64,000 bases of DNA from a virus (lineage: Duplodnaviria; Caudoviricetes). How positions within the stretch are numbered: position 1 is the stretch's first letter; the number at the start of each line of letters is the position of its first letter. This document shows, one piece after another, positions 8,234-17,068 of the stretch. Under the pieces are notes generated by a model, which worked only from the letters and a program-made list of their open reading frames with translations, was not told the origin of the DNA and made no database searches. The stretch lies in IMG/VR virus record IMGVR_UViG_3300034128_000023, positions 147 through 64,146 of that record; one strand, given 5' to 3'. Position numbers and translations under genes: made by a program.

Positions 8234-8854
8234 TCAAGTCGTCGGTTCGAGTCGCCGCTCATCCATGCAGCCGGTCTGGCCGGCATATTCGAGCCTGACG
8301 AGGGGGGAGTTCACCGGGATTTTTGAGCTGTGGAGCAGAGCCTTGCCCCGAGAGTTGAGGTCCACAACGAGGCACAGCTCGTCCCCCAGCTCCACCTGGT
8401 CGTAGGGTCGGACCTCACCGGTCCCGTTTTTCACGCCCCCTTTCACGAAGCAGAAATCGCCGTCGGTGAGGCCGTACTTGAGCCGCCGCTCATCCATGTA
8501 GACCTTCGCGTCAACCGCGGGGTGATGTGTTGGCATCTGCGGGACCCAGAAAATGCCGGTCGGCGTCAGGTGGTTGTGCTTCCGGCTGTCGAGGCGCCCC
8601 GGCATCGCGCTGGGCGCTCGCGCGCAGCTCACCTTGTTGGTGGTGTGGTCCATCACGAGCACGTAGTCGGCGTCGTGCATGTCCCGAGGGTCCTGCTTCC
8701 CCGGGGCCTGGGTGTACGTCTTGAACTTGTACTGTCCGTCCGGGTTCAGAAAGAACACAGTGTAGTTGGCTGGGCCCTCACCCTGCGTGTCGGGCCAGCG
8801 GCTGAGAAGCTGGGCCTCGGGCAATTCCGCGGGTTCGGCCTTCTGGGTCTTCAT
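8234..8854 (-). CDS. hypothetical protein
   Basis: Long ORF with GC3-rich codons; start uncertain. Confidence 0.65.
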   Translation of the reverse strand: MKTQKAEPAELPEAQLLSRWPDTQGEGPANYTVFFLNPDGQYKFKTYTQAPGKQDPRDMHDADYVLVMDHTTNKVSCARAPSAMPGRLDSRKHNHLTPTGIFWVPQMPTHHPAVDAKVYMDERRLKYGLTDGDFCFVKGGVKNGTGEVRPYDQVELGDELCLVVDLNSRGKALLHSSKIPVNSPLVRLEYAGQTGCMDERRLEPTT

Positions 8855-8884
8855 GTCGCGCTCGGTTTGCTGCGTCTGCAACAA

Positions 8885-9157
8885 TCAGTCCACGAAGTAG
8901 TGGGGTGACTCGAACGGGCCGGTCATGTAGTCCGCCAACTCGTCGGCGGTGATTTCCCACCCGTGGGGGCCCATCTCGACAAGAAGCTCATACTCGCCCT
9001 CATAAAAGACCTCTGCGTCGGCCGGCGCGAAACCATCAGGCTGGACCTCAACCGAGGTGACGAGGCCTGTTGGGTCGACATAAATGACGTTGCCGGAACA
9101 CCCCGTGTAGAGAGTGTCGACATCGGTGGTAATTCGAACTCGGTCGCCGATTTTCAT
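8885..9157 (-). CDS. KOW/SH3-like protein
   Basis: MKIGDRVRIT...YTGCSGNV. Confidence 0.7.
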   Translation of the reverse strand: MKIGDRVRITTDVDTLYTGCSGNVIYVDPTGLVTSVEVQPDGFAPADAEVFYEGEYELLVEMGPHGWEITADELADYMTGPFESPHYFVD

Positions 9158-9158
9158 G

Positions 9159-9401
9159 TCAGACCCCCTCTGGCGCTACGTCACCGTACGAGGCGGACAG
9201 CCAGGCAACCAGCGCGTCCCCGAAGGTGGTGACCGGCTCGATTTCGTCCAGGCGGAACCAGAGCTTGACGCCGTTGTAGAAATCCACCACCACGCCAGCG
9301 TGGGGACTGGGGGATTCCAGTCGGGAGACCGTGCCGACAGCTCCCGTGTACCGGGTCTCATACGAGGTGGTTACTCGAACCGTGTCGCCGATGCCAATCA
9401 T
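9159..9401 (-). CDS. KOW/SH3-like protein
   Basis: IGDTVRVT...YTGAVGTV...WFRLDEIEPV. Confidence 0.7.
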   Translation of the reverse strand: MIGIGDTVRVTTSYETRYTGAVGTVSRLESPSPHAGVVVDFYNGVKLWFRLDEIEPVTTFGDALVAWLSASYGDVAPEGV

Positions 9402-9439
9402 TTTGCGTCCTTTGTGGGGTTGTTTAGCTGCGTGTGTAT

Positions 9440-9673
9440 TTACTCGGGGTCAGCCAGAATGTCAAGGCACTCACTGTCGAAGTTGCAGACGGTGCCTTCG
9501 AGCGCGGGGTTGCTCTCAAATCGAATCCTCACACCGTAGAACCGGACCTGGACCACCACACCGCGCTCGCCGTGGTAGTTCGTACGTCCAGGAGCATTGA
9601 CACGGACCCTGTCGCCGACCTTAAACGGCTGTGGGGCGTTGTGCATTTCCTCCCAGGTCCGAGTGAAGCTCAC
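9440..9673 (-). CDS. KOW/SH3-like protein
   Basis: FKVGDRVRV...YHGERGVV. Confidence 0.7.
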   Translation of the reverse strand: MSFTRTWEEMHNAPQPFKVGDRVRVNAPGRTNYHGERGVVVQVRFYGVRIRFESNPALEGTVCNFDSECLDILADPE

Positions 9674-9885
9674 TTGACGTCATCCGCCCGTGCGACCCAG
9701 GCCGAAAGCGTCATGTCCTTGGCGGGACGGACCAGCTCGAACTCGCTAGGAGCAAACCAGTGTCGGTGCTCTGACCCGCCAAACTCAACCAGCGCCCAAC
9801 CATGGTCGTCTCCCACAGCCCGGCCGATGGCGTCCTTGTGCTCGGTCATGTAGTCTGTCAGAATCCTGACATCAAACCCATTCAT
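9670..9885 (-). CDS. SH3-like small protein
   Basis: WALVEFGG...HWFAPSEFELV. Confidence 0.6.
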   Translation of the reverse strand: MNGFDVRILTDYMTEHKDAIGRAVGDDHGWALVEFGGSEHRHWFAPSEFELVRPAKDMTLSAWVARADDVK

Positions 9886-9940
9886 TTGTTTTCTCCTCGT
9901 AGAAAATCAGTTACCAGCAAATACGGCCACATCCACACGA

Positions 9941-10162
9941 CTACCGCGATGTCCACGTGGGCGTTCCAGACGTGCAACGCCCAGCGCCGGTAGTTCGGTT
10001 GTTGTGGATGTTCAGATTGTAAGCTTTCCATACGAACCCCCAAGCCTTGATGATTTCATCGACCATCTCGGCGCTGATGCGGTAGTGCTCAGCCAGCTCG
10101 GCCTCGGTGTGGCGGTCCGTGTAGAACAGCGCTGCGATTTCGTGCTCAGCTCTTGGTGACAT
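9941..10162 (-). CDS. HTH-like small protein
   Basis: TEAELAEHYRISAEMVDEII. Confidence 0.5.
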   Translation of the reverse strand: MSPRAEHEIAALFYTDRHTEAELAEHYRISAEMVDEIIKAWGFVWKAYNLNIHNNRTTGAGRCTSGTPTWTSR

Positions 10163-10171
10163 GGTGATGTT

Positions 10172-10477
10172 TTACTCCTTTGCGTCCCGTCGGTCAAGGG
10201 CCTCAATCCAAGCCACCGCCACGGCGGCCACTTGAACAAGCTCCGTGCGCAAGGCCTCGCGGTCGGATTCCGCCAGTACTTCGGCGACTTCCTCCTGGAG
10301 GACCAGAGCCCAGGTGCCCCTGCCGGCCGCGAATGCCTCCTGGCACTCCCGCTTGGCCGCCGCGGCGGTGATACCCCGCCATCGGCCACCGGTCCCGTCC
10401 GGGTGGTCCTGTGGGCCCCACTTCTCGTCCTGCCGCGTTCGTTCAGCTGCGACGTCTCCCAGCACGGTCTTAGTCAT
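10172..10477 (-). CDS. MazG-like NTP pyrophosphohydrolase
   Basis: ERTRQDEKWG...LQEEVAE...ELVQVAAVAVAW. Confidence 0.7.
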   Translation of the reverse strand: MTKTVLGDVAAERTRQDEKWGPQDHPDGTGGRWRGITAAAAKRECQEAFAAGRGTWALVLQEEVAEVLAESDREALRTELVQVAAVAVAWIEALDRRDAKE

Positions 10478-10721
10478 TCTCGACCTCTTCCACGAGTTCT
10501 ACACCTGTCGGAATCGCCTCAAACACCCGCATACATTCGTCCGAACAAATATGGGACCCCGGGCAATCAGGGCCGCCCTCCGTGACCCACTGGGTGCGCT
10601 TGCCGCAGATGGTGCAGGGGAACACTCGTCCGGTGGCCTCCATCCCGCCCATGATGGGGTTGGGGGCCGGCTCGAACCGGATTGCGATGTTATTCTGTCC
10701 TGGGTACTTGATGTCGAACAT
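10470..10721 (-). CDS. Zn-finger small protein
   Basis: CTICG...CSDEC. Confidence 0.6.
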   Translation of the reverse strand: MFDIKYPGQNNIAIRFEPAPNPIMGGMEATGRVFPCTICGKRTQWVTEGGPDCPGSHICSDECMRVFEAIPTGVELVEEVEND

Positions 10722-11380
10722 CACTTGACACCATCCAGTCGTGCGACCCAGTTCTTCAAGGAATGCCGCGAATTGGCATCGCGCACGCACAGAGGGCACG
10801 GCGGGGTGGCGGGGATTGGCCATGTGTACGTAAAGAACGGCAGGACCTCGTACCGTCGCCCACTCACCGGGTCCATGTACACATACTGGATGGGGGGCAC
10901 GGGCTTCGGCTCGTAGAAGCACTCGACGGGCTTCTTGGGCTCGACCTTCTTCAGGTTTTGGGGACGATACCAAAACAAAGAGGACGGATAATCATGGAGC
11001 GAGATGTTCACGAGACTCTCACCCAGGCGCTCGACCGTACCCTCTTTGCCGTGGTAGTTTGAGGTGCGGTAGTTGACGACGACCTTGTCGCCCGCTTTGA
11101 AGTCGCTGAGGATTGGCGCCGGTGGCACTTCGACGTGGGCGGTCGGGCCTCTGTATTCGCCGCTCGCGTCGAAGACGGTAGCGGTCTTCGGAGGCGCCGC
11201 GACCTTCTTCAGGATTGATGGCGGATACCACAGAGGGTACGGGTCCCCTTCGACCTCGATACATATATCCCAAATGCCAAAGCGTACGATAGTCGCCAAC
11301 TTGCTGTGCCGGCTTGTGCCGGGATGGTCGATGATGACCTTGTCGCCCACTTCAAATCCGTGCTTGTTGCCAAGAAACAT
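10721..11380 (-). CDS. tandem KOW/SH3-like protein with CxxC tail
   Basis: FEVGDKV...LWYPPSILKKV and FKAGDKV...FWYRPQNLKKV. Confidence 0.75.
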   Translation of the reverse strand: MFLGNKHGFEVGDKVIIDHPGTSRHSKLATIVRFGIWDICIEVEGDPYPLWYPPSILKKVAAPPKTATVFDASGEYRGPTAHVEVPPAPILSDFKAGDKVVVNYRTSNYHGKEGTVERLGESLVNISLHDYPSSLFWYRPQNLKKVEPKKPVECFYEPKPVPPIQYVYMDPVSGRRYEVLPFFTYTWPIPATPPCPLCVRDANSRHSLKNWVARLDGVK

Positions 11381-11398
11381 TGGTTTTTCCTTTTGTTG

Positions 11399-11584
11399 TT
11401 ACGGGACCTGCTCGATTTCCTGCTCAGAAAAGGCCACGGAAACCCCGTCCGAGAAAAGGACGCTGAATGGGTACTTGGACTTTGAAGAGGGGTTGACGAT
11501 GACCACTGTGCCGGCGGTCAAGTAGCGCTCGCCGACCATGTCGCTTGTGACCAGAACCTTGTCTCCGACCTTGGGCTTGCTCAC
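11399..11584 (-). CDS. KOW/SH3-like protein
   Basis: GTG start; PKVGDKVLV...FSEQEIEQV. Confidence 0.65.
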   Translation of the reverse strand: MSKPKVGDKVLVTSDMVGERYLTAGTVVIVNPSSKSKYPFSVLFSDGVSVAFSEQEIEQVP

Positions 11585-11808
11585 GGCCGGTACCAGAGAA
11601 AAATCGCCCGGCCAATTGCTTCGGCTTGGGTCTCGCCGACCGACAGAACCTTCTTGAGGTCGCCCGTCATGACGGCGTAGTTGTCGTCGTCGCCCCACGG
11701 CCAGACATCTCGGCCCCACGGGTTGGCGGGGTCGTACTCACCATCGGTCTTGACCAGCTTCGCGTCCGGGAGCTTTCGGAGTTCCTTGACGTATCCGAAG
11801 TCGTACAT
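11581..11808 (-). CDS. hypothetical protein
   Basis: 75 aa ORF overlapping both neighbours. Confidence 0.6.
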   Translation of the reverse strand: MYDFGYVKELRKLPDAKLVKTDGEYDPANPWGRDVWPWGDDDNYAVMTGDLKKVLSVGETQAEAIGRAIFLWYRP

Positions 11809-12218
11809 TACTTACCTTCCTTGGGCATGAGGTCGTCGAGGAGGGCTGTGAGGACCCCGGCCTGCTGGTGGATGGTCAAGAGACGGTCAGTGGGGGCCTG
11901 GGCCAACTGACGGACTTCCAGCTTGCGGAGGGCGAGGTGGAGGGCATCCAACGAGCCATGGGCGTGGTGAAGGGCCGTATCATGATTGTGTCGCTCGACG
12001 AAGTCCTCTGGGACCTGGCTGAAGTCGTACGACCGGCACTTCACGGCCTCGCCGAGCTTGACCAGGGTGAAGGTGTTGCGCTGGGCGCTGATTTTGGTGA
12101 TGGTCCACAGCTCGGGTCCCGTACGGCCGCCGAAGCCCCAAGTAACTTGCCGGGTGTTCCGGCAGACCGTATCGCCTACTTTGAGTGCGTCACGCCAGTT
12201 TTCGTTGTGGGTGTCCAT
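11808..12218 (-). CDS. hypothetical protein (KOW-like N-terminus)
   Basis: LKVGDTV; TTGACA-N18-TACAAC-N6-ATG upstream. Confidence 0.7.
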   Translation of the reverse strand: MDTHNENWRDALKVGDTVCRNTRQVTWGFGGRTGPELWTITKISAQRNTFTLVKLGEAVKCRSYDFSQVPEDFVERHNHDTALHHAHGSLDALHLALRKLEVRQLAQAPTDRLLTIHQQAGVLTALLDDLMPKEGK

Positions 12219-12271
12219 GGGGGTGTTGTACCTTGTTGGGGTGGGGGTTGTCAAGGGGCTTCGAGGGGTGG

Positions 12272-12754
12272 CTATTCTGGTACGGGAACCCCCCGGCAAA
12301 AATACCACCCACAAGGTAGTAAATTGCCGGCTAATTCTACGTCCGGCCCCTCTGGGCGCACGCTCAGATACGCGACCCCTTCTACATAAACAAGGTAGTT
12401 GTCGGAGGACGGTTCGTTATGGTACGCCCCATTAGGGGAAATTGGCGTGTTGCTCATCCTCGGTATCGATATGCGGTGCTCGGCGACGGAACCGTATTCG
12501 AATTTTTTACCGTCCTGGCTATGTAGGCGGATACTGAACTTACGTCTCTCGGGGTCGTGCAGAATTTGCAAAAACGACTGCTCCGCTTCGGCCTCACGGC
12601 GCCGGTTCTCGGCCTCGTCCCCGGCACTCTTTAGTCGGCGAACGTACTCTTCAACCATGTCGGAGCCCTTTTTGTTAAAATGGCTCCAGAACATGTAGCT
12701 GGCGGCATAGCTGGCGAAGAATCCGCCCACTATTCCAATCACAGTGGGCAACAT
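12272..12754 (-). CDS. membrane-anchored hypothetical protein
   Basis: N-terminal hydrophobic helix followed by coiled coil. Confidence 0.65.
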   Translation of the reverse strand: MLPTVIGIVGGFFASYAASYMFWSHFNKKGSDMVEEYVRRLKSAGDEAENRRREAEAEQSFLQILHDPERRKFSIRLHSQDGKKFEYGSVAEHRISIPRMSNTPISPNGAYHNEPSSDNYLVYVEGVAYLSVRPEGPDVELAGNLLPCGWYFCRGVPVPE

Positions 12755-12756
12755 AC

Positions 12757-13020
12757 TTACCGCCCCGCCGCAAGCATGTTCATGGCCCGGACCTGGTTCG
12801 CTGCCCGGACCTGGGGGTCTCGGTCCTTGTTGATGCGATAGCTTACCTTAGTGAGAAGCTCAATCCGCTCCGTCAGGGCTCCGGCTGCAGGGCCCTTTAG
12901 GTTTAGGTCTTGGAGTTGTTTCAGGTACACATCAAGGGCAAGGTCGAGGGCTCGCGCTTCGACCTTAGAAAGAGAAAAGACCACTTCGGGTGGCGGAACT
13001 ACAACGGGTACGTCGGACAT
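12757..13020 (-). CDS. hypothetical protein
   Basis: 87 aa ORF. Confidence 0.6.
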   Translation of the reverse strand: MSDVPVVVPPPEVVFSLSKVEARALDLALDVYLKQLQDLNLKGPAAGALTERIELLTKVSYRINKDRDPQVRAANQVRAMNMLAAGR

Positions 13021-13103
13021 GTTTGGAACTCCTTGGTCGGCCTGTGGAAACTACGCCGGCAGTATCGCACAAATCCGCCCAGGCCGCAAGTCGAAATCGA
13101 CAA

Positions 13104-13754
13104 CTAGGCGCCCTTCGCCATAAGCGCGGCACTTATTTTTGCCCGGACTTCGGGTGGGACCAGATGGCCCTTGAGCGAGGCTGCAATCTTGGCTCGGGCT
13201 TCTGGGGACATGGGGTGCCCCTTCTGTGCTCGGCCCTTTTTAGCTGCGCTCATCTTGGCTATGGCCTCGGGCGAATGGACGCGCCCCTTGGCCGACCGGC
13301 TCATCCTGGCTCTGGTTTCGGGCGAATGGGTCCGTCCCCTACTTGTGGCACCGATTTTAGCTTTGTGTTCTGGCGAAAGCGCTTTTCCTTTGTGGGCGGC
13401 GGCGAGTTTAGCTCTGTGCTCTGGGGTGCGAACCAGACCCTTGGTTCCCTCTCCCCCGTCGGTCGCATTTGTCAGGTCGCACCCAAGCCAACGGTAGTTT
13501 TCAATCCAGAACCGTTCGGCACTGCTAAGGCGCTCGGCGCCGCAGTCTTCGGGAAACTCCTCGATGACCTGAATTTCGACCGTACGTCCCGCCGCCAGGA
13601 CCTTCTTGAGCCAACTATTCTTGTGCGTGTTGGCCCTGAGGGACCACCTGCTGAAGTGTTGCCTGGGCCTGGCTAGGCCTTGAGTGCTCTTGCCGATGTA
13701 ACGCGGAGCTTCGGTGTCGGGGTCGATGAGGGCGTAGATGAGGTGGGTGGACAT
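13104..13754 (-). CDS. GIY-YIG homing endonuclease with NUMOD3 repeats
   Basis: LIYALID...RYIGKS, ERFWI, CDLTN; repeated HSPE.RAK(M/I)S. Confidence 0.9.
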   Translation of the reverse strand: MSTHLIYALIDPDTEAPRYIGKSTQGLARPRQHFSRWSLRANTHKNSWLKKVLAAGRTVEIQVIEEFPEDCGAERLSSAERFWIENYRWLGCDLTNATDGGEGTKGLVRTPEHRAKLAAAHKGKALSPEHKAKIGATSRGRTHSPETRARMSRSAKGRVHSPEAIAKMSAAKKGRAQKGHPMSPEARAKIAASLKGHLVPPEVRAKISAALMAKGA

Positions 13755-13795
13755 GGGGTCAATTGTACCACACCGTCATTGAGGCCGCGCTGCCG

Positions 13796-15820
13796 TCACT
13801 TTTTGGCGGGGAAGAATTCGTCGAGCCAGCCGTTTTTGGTGGCGACGTGGTAGGCCCCGCTAGAACCTTTTGCGAATTCCGTCCTGGTCTTATACTTTGC
13901 CGCTTCCGCTCGGACGCTTTTAGGGCCCCAAGGCCGCTGCACCCGGGTAATATGTGCGCAAACTTTATCTAACCAACCGTTTTTGGCGGCGGCCTGGTAG
14001 GCCCCGCTAGAACCTTTTGCGAATTCCCCACGTGTTTTGTACTTCAGCGCCTCCGCTTGGCATGAGCCGATATCCCAATAGGTGAGTACCCGGGGCATGT
14101 GGGCGCAAACCTTATCGTGCAAGCCTCTGAGCTTGGCCGCGTTGTAGGCTGATTGAGAGCCTTGCTGGAAGGCCCTACGGGTCTTGTACTTCAGCGCCTC
14201 GGCTTGGATAGACTCAAGGTCCCACGACCGATGCTGCATAGCCATGTGCAAACACACGTCATCGCGCCAGTCGTTATACATGGCCGCCCTGTAGGCGTTG
14301 GGGGACCCTTTTGCAAATTCCCCACGTGTTTTGTACTTCAAGGCCTCTGCCCGGACAGCTTCGAGGGTCCAAGCCTTCCACTCCCTCAGCACCGTCCCGC
14401 CCAGCACCTCAATCGCGTACGCAATCGACCCGTGGGCGTATGAGGCCGCAGGCGCGGTGTCAAGGTGGGCCAAGTCCTTCAGGGTCAAGAACTCTGGCAG
14501 GTCGATGTTGGGGATTTTGTTCGGGTTCTTCTTGGTCTCTGCCCGGATGCGCTCGCCGATTTCACGGTGCTTGCGGTGCACGGGGAAGTCCTCGCGGGGA
14601 ATCTTGCCGTGGGGCAGCGAATAGACTTCGGGGGTCGACATGGCCAGCACGTAAGCCATGACGGTGTGCGTCACGAAGGCCACCTTGCGGGGCGTCACCT
14701 TCAAGAAGAGCTTCGGGGTCGTATCGGCCTTGTCAAAGCGCACGACGCGCGACATCAACTGGAAGGTCATGTCGACGTTGTGCGAACCCGTCATATCAAC
14801 CACGTTCTTCAGCTCGGGAATGTCGGTCCCCAGGACGCCGCGGTCGACCACCACCAAAATCCCGTTCGGCTTCTCGCGGAACTCGCTAAAGAACAAAGAG
14901 TCTGGGTCCGTGTCGGACGTCGAGACGCGCACTTCGAGACCCAGGTCGGTCAGCTTCTGCCCGACCAGCTTGGCCTGCTTCTGGTCGTGGCACGCCCAAA
15001 TCGTCGGGGCGATTTTGGTCTTGAGGAGCCACTTGGCGATACCAAACCCCTTCAGGAACTGTGCCCACCACGCCGCGTAGACTGCTGGGTCACGGAGCCG
15101 CGAAGTGCATCGCTGCACCAGGAGCCCCACGACTTCTTGCAGGGCCTCCAAGGTGTCTGCGTCGACCGATTCTGGCTTGAGCCTCTGGTTCGCATCCCAG
15201 TCGGCCAGAGACAGGTTCGCCCCGGTCTGGACCAGCTCGACATTGAGGTCAGCGTAAACGCCCGGATTCTCTCGGATGATTTCGGCCATCGAGACCGTGA
15301 CGACTGGCGCCTCTTTTGAAATCAGGTACTTGTTGGGGGTACCAGTGAGGAGCAGCACCTTCGCCTTGGGGTTGGCGGCCCGGATGCCCTTGACCATCGA
15401 GCCCTCGACGAAGTGATGAGCTTCATCGACGACAATCATGGTGTAGCCCTTGGCCGAATTCTTCTTGACAAAGGCGTGAGGCAGCGAAAGGTGGAGGTTG
15501 GCAGACGGATTCGGACCAGCCGTGGGGGTCGTAGTCCATGGCTCGACGTGGCGAGACCCCGGGCCGAGAGTCGCATAGCTGAACTCTCGAGGGTCTTCGA
15601 GGAAGCGGTCGAAGGTCTGGTCCAGCAGGTTGTTCTGCCCGTGGGCCAGCCACAGGACCTTGGCGTTCGGGGTCGACTTGATGTGGGCGGTGGCGACCGT
15701 CTGCCCCATCAGCGTCTTACCTGACCCAGGGGGGCCCGCCATAACGACGATGCCGTCTTGGCGGAGCGCCTCCTGGGCGTCCTCTACGAGTCTCTTCTGG
15801 AATTCGTACAGGGTCTTCAT
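13796..15820 (-). CDS. SF2 helicase with four C-terminal ~49-aa repeats
   Basis: GPPGSGKT, VVDEAHH, LLTGTP, QLMSRVVR; TTGACG-N18-TACTAA-N6-ATG upstream. Confidence 0.85.
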   Translation of the reverse strand: MKTLYEFQKRLVEDAQEALRQDGIVVMAGPPGSGKTLMGQTVATAHIKSTPNAKVLWLAHGQNNLLDQTFDRFLEDPREFSYATLGPGSRHVEPWTTTPTAGPNPSANLHLSLPHAFVKKNSAKGYTMIVVDEAHHFVEGSMVKGIRAANPKAKVLLLTGTPNKYLISKEAPVVTVSMAEIIRENPGVYADLNVELVQTGANLSLADWDANQRLKPESVDADTLEALQEVVGLLVQRCTSRLRDPAVYAAWWAQFLKGFGIAKWLLKTKIAPTIWACHDQKQAKLVGQKLTDLGLEVRVSTSDTDPDSLFFSEFREKPNGILVVVDRGVLGTDIPELKNVVDMTGSHNVDMTFQLMSRVVRFDKADTTPKLFLKVTPRKVAFVTHTVMAYVLAMSTPEVYSLPHGKIPREDFPVHRKHREIGERIRAETKKNPNKIPNIDLPEFLTLKDLAHLDTAPAASYAHGSIAYAIEVLGGTVLREWKAWTLEAVRAEALKYKTRGEFAKGSPNAYRAAMYNDWRDDVCLHMAMQHRSWDLESIQAEALKYKTRRAFQQGSQSAYNAAKLRGLHDKVCAHMPRVLTYWDIGSCQAEALKYKTRGEFAKGSSGAYQAAAKNGWLDKVCAHITRVQRPWGPKSVRAEAAKYKTRTEFAKGSSGAYHVATKNGWLDEFFPAKK
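13799..14371 (-). repeat. four ~147-nt coding repeats (W.....AEA.KYKTR.EF..GS..AY)
   Basis: 33-bp exact duplicate at 13848-13880 and 13995-14027. Confidence 0.9.
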
Positions 15821-15852
15821 GCCCCTTTAGTACCACCTTCGGGGCGGAGACG

Positions 15853-16194
15853 TCAACCCCTACTTGCAGCCCTAGACCGCCGAATCATCCCCGCCAAGAT
15901 GTCCCGCTCCTCGCGAGGCGCTCGTCCGTGCTGGTCGATTTCGTCCGTCAGGAATTCAATAGCCCAGCTCGGACTCGGGGCCGACCCGTTACGCCTCAGC
16001 AACTGCCACAGGCCGAAAGCGCAAGCGAAGCAGCAAGCCTCGTCCGACGCGGAACCGTCTTGCACCATGCTGTGGCGCTGGTATTGGGCCCCGACCGGAA
16101 TCATGTAGCAGCAGCACTGACACCGGTGTGGCTTACGGGCCACATGCCAATGGGTCTGGTAGACTTCGCAAATGTCATCGACTTCGAATGACAT
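15853..16194 (-). CDS. Cys-rich hypothetical protein
   Basis: ARKPHRCQCC..IPVG.QY...CFAC. Confidence 0.65.
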   Translation of the reverse strand: MSFEVDDICEVYQTHWHVARKPHRCQCCCYMIPVGAQYQRHSMVQDGSASDEACCFACAFGLWQLLRRNGSAPSPSWAIEFLTDEIDQHGRAPREERDILAGMIRRSRAASRG

Positions 16195-16195
16195 T

Positions 16196-16417
16196 TTACC
16201 CTCCAGACAACATCAGGACCAGCGTGTTCCAGTCGGCGCTACCGTACGAAGGAGCCTTGGCGTCCTCCACTTTCGCTGCCCGTACGCCTTCGACCAGTTT
16301 TCGCTCCCAGTCCGTGAGTGGCCGGTCTATGTAATCGTCATACGCCGTGGCGCGTCCTTCGGCCCGGCGCTTCGCTCGTTGCAAAAAAGCTTGACGCTCT
16401 GCTTCGCCCCTTGTCAT
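16196..16417 (-). CDS. hypothetical protein
   Basis: MTRGEAERQ... ORF. Confidence 0.55.
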   Translation of the reverse strand: MTRGEAERQAFLQRAKRRAEGRATAYDDYIDRPLTDWERKLVEGVRAAKVEDAKAPSYGSADWNTLVLMLSGG

Positions 16418-16418
16418 T

Positions 16419-16601
16419 TTACAACCCCTTTCCGGGCAGCGACCCGTCAACGACGGCGTGGGCCTTCTCACTGAGGTCATGTAGCCAGCCCCAGGCTTGC
16501 ATAGACACCGACTCGCCGGCCTCCACGCACGCAGCGTCGATGAGGGCCAGCAAGTCTTGGGCCTGTCTGCGGAGCTTCTGGGTTTCGTCTTCAGTGCACA
16601 T
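16419..16601 (-). CDS. hypothetical protein
   Basis: 60 aa ORF after SD AAGGA. Confidence 0.5.
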   Translation of the reverse strand: MCTEDETQKLRRQAQDLLALIDAACVEAGESVSMQAWGWLHDLSEKAHAVVDGSLPGKGL

Positions 16602-16612
16602 TTAATGTCCTT

Positions 16613-16813
16613 TCACAGCGGCATGTCGTCAAGCAGCCGCAAGAAGTCGACGGAGCTGGCGGTCTTCAGTGCACGGAACAATGCCAGCTTATCACGCCCC
16701 GTAACCCAGCTCCGTCGGGCTTCCGCCCACAGGTCGGCGGCCCCCCGGCGAGCGTTGCGCCGGCACTCCAGCTCCACCTGCAGCATCGCGTCTTCAATCA
16801 TCTGGACGTTCAT
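16613..16813 (-). CDS. hypothetical protein
   Basis: 66 aa ORF; ATG overlaps upstream TAA. Confidence 0.55.
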   Translation of the reverse strand: MNVQMIEDAMLQVELECRRNARRGAADLWAEARRSWVTGRDKLALFRALKTASSVDFLRLLDDMPL

Positions 16814-17058
16814 TATTCCCCTCCGAGGTCCTCGTCCGCGTCAGGCTTGCCGCCGACCTCGTCCTCCTCTTCCTCTTCCTCTTCGACGCTGTCGACGAAG
16901 ATGTTGCCGCCCAAAAAGTCCTCGTCCCAATCAGTGCTGAACATGTCCTCGGACTCCTCCACGGCCAGCTCCTCGGCCTCGTCCTTCGAGTCGGCCTCGA
17001 CGGTCAGGGTGGTCTCGTATTCAACAGTCTTGGTCAGATGCACGGTGTAAGTCTTCAT
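16813..17058 (-). CDS. very acidic small protein (DpnD/PcfM-like N-terminus)
   Basis: MKTYTVHLTKTVEYETTLTVEADSKDEAEE; about 31 D/E in 81 aa; SD GAGGAG. Confidence 0.7.
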   Translation of the reverse strand: MKTYTVHLTKTVEYETTLTVEADSKDEAEELAVEESEDMFSTDWDEDFLGGNIFVDSVEEEEEEEDEVGGKPDADEDLGGE

Positions 17059-17068
17059 TTTATTCTCC

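Noticed and set aside
13104-13754. Nuclease ORFs (also 34001 and 54015) as group I intron-encoded
   Set aside because: Flanking genes are intact and uninterrupted, and no intron core elements were recognised; treated as free-standing
13796-15820. Intein in the helicase, RtcB or sheath
   Set aside because: No C/S...HN-C/S/T splice junctions or unexplained internal insertions were seen
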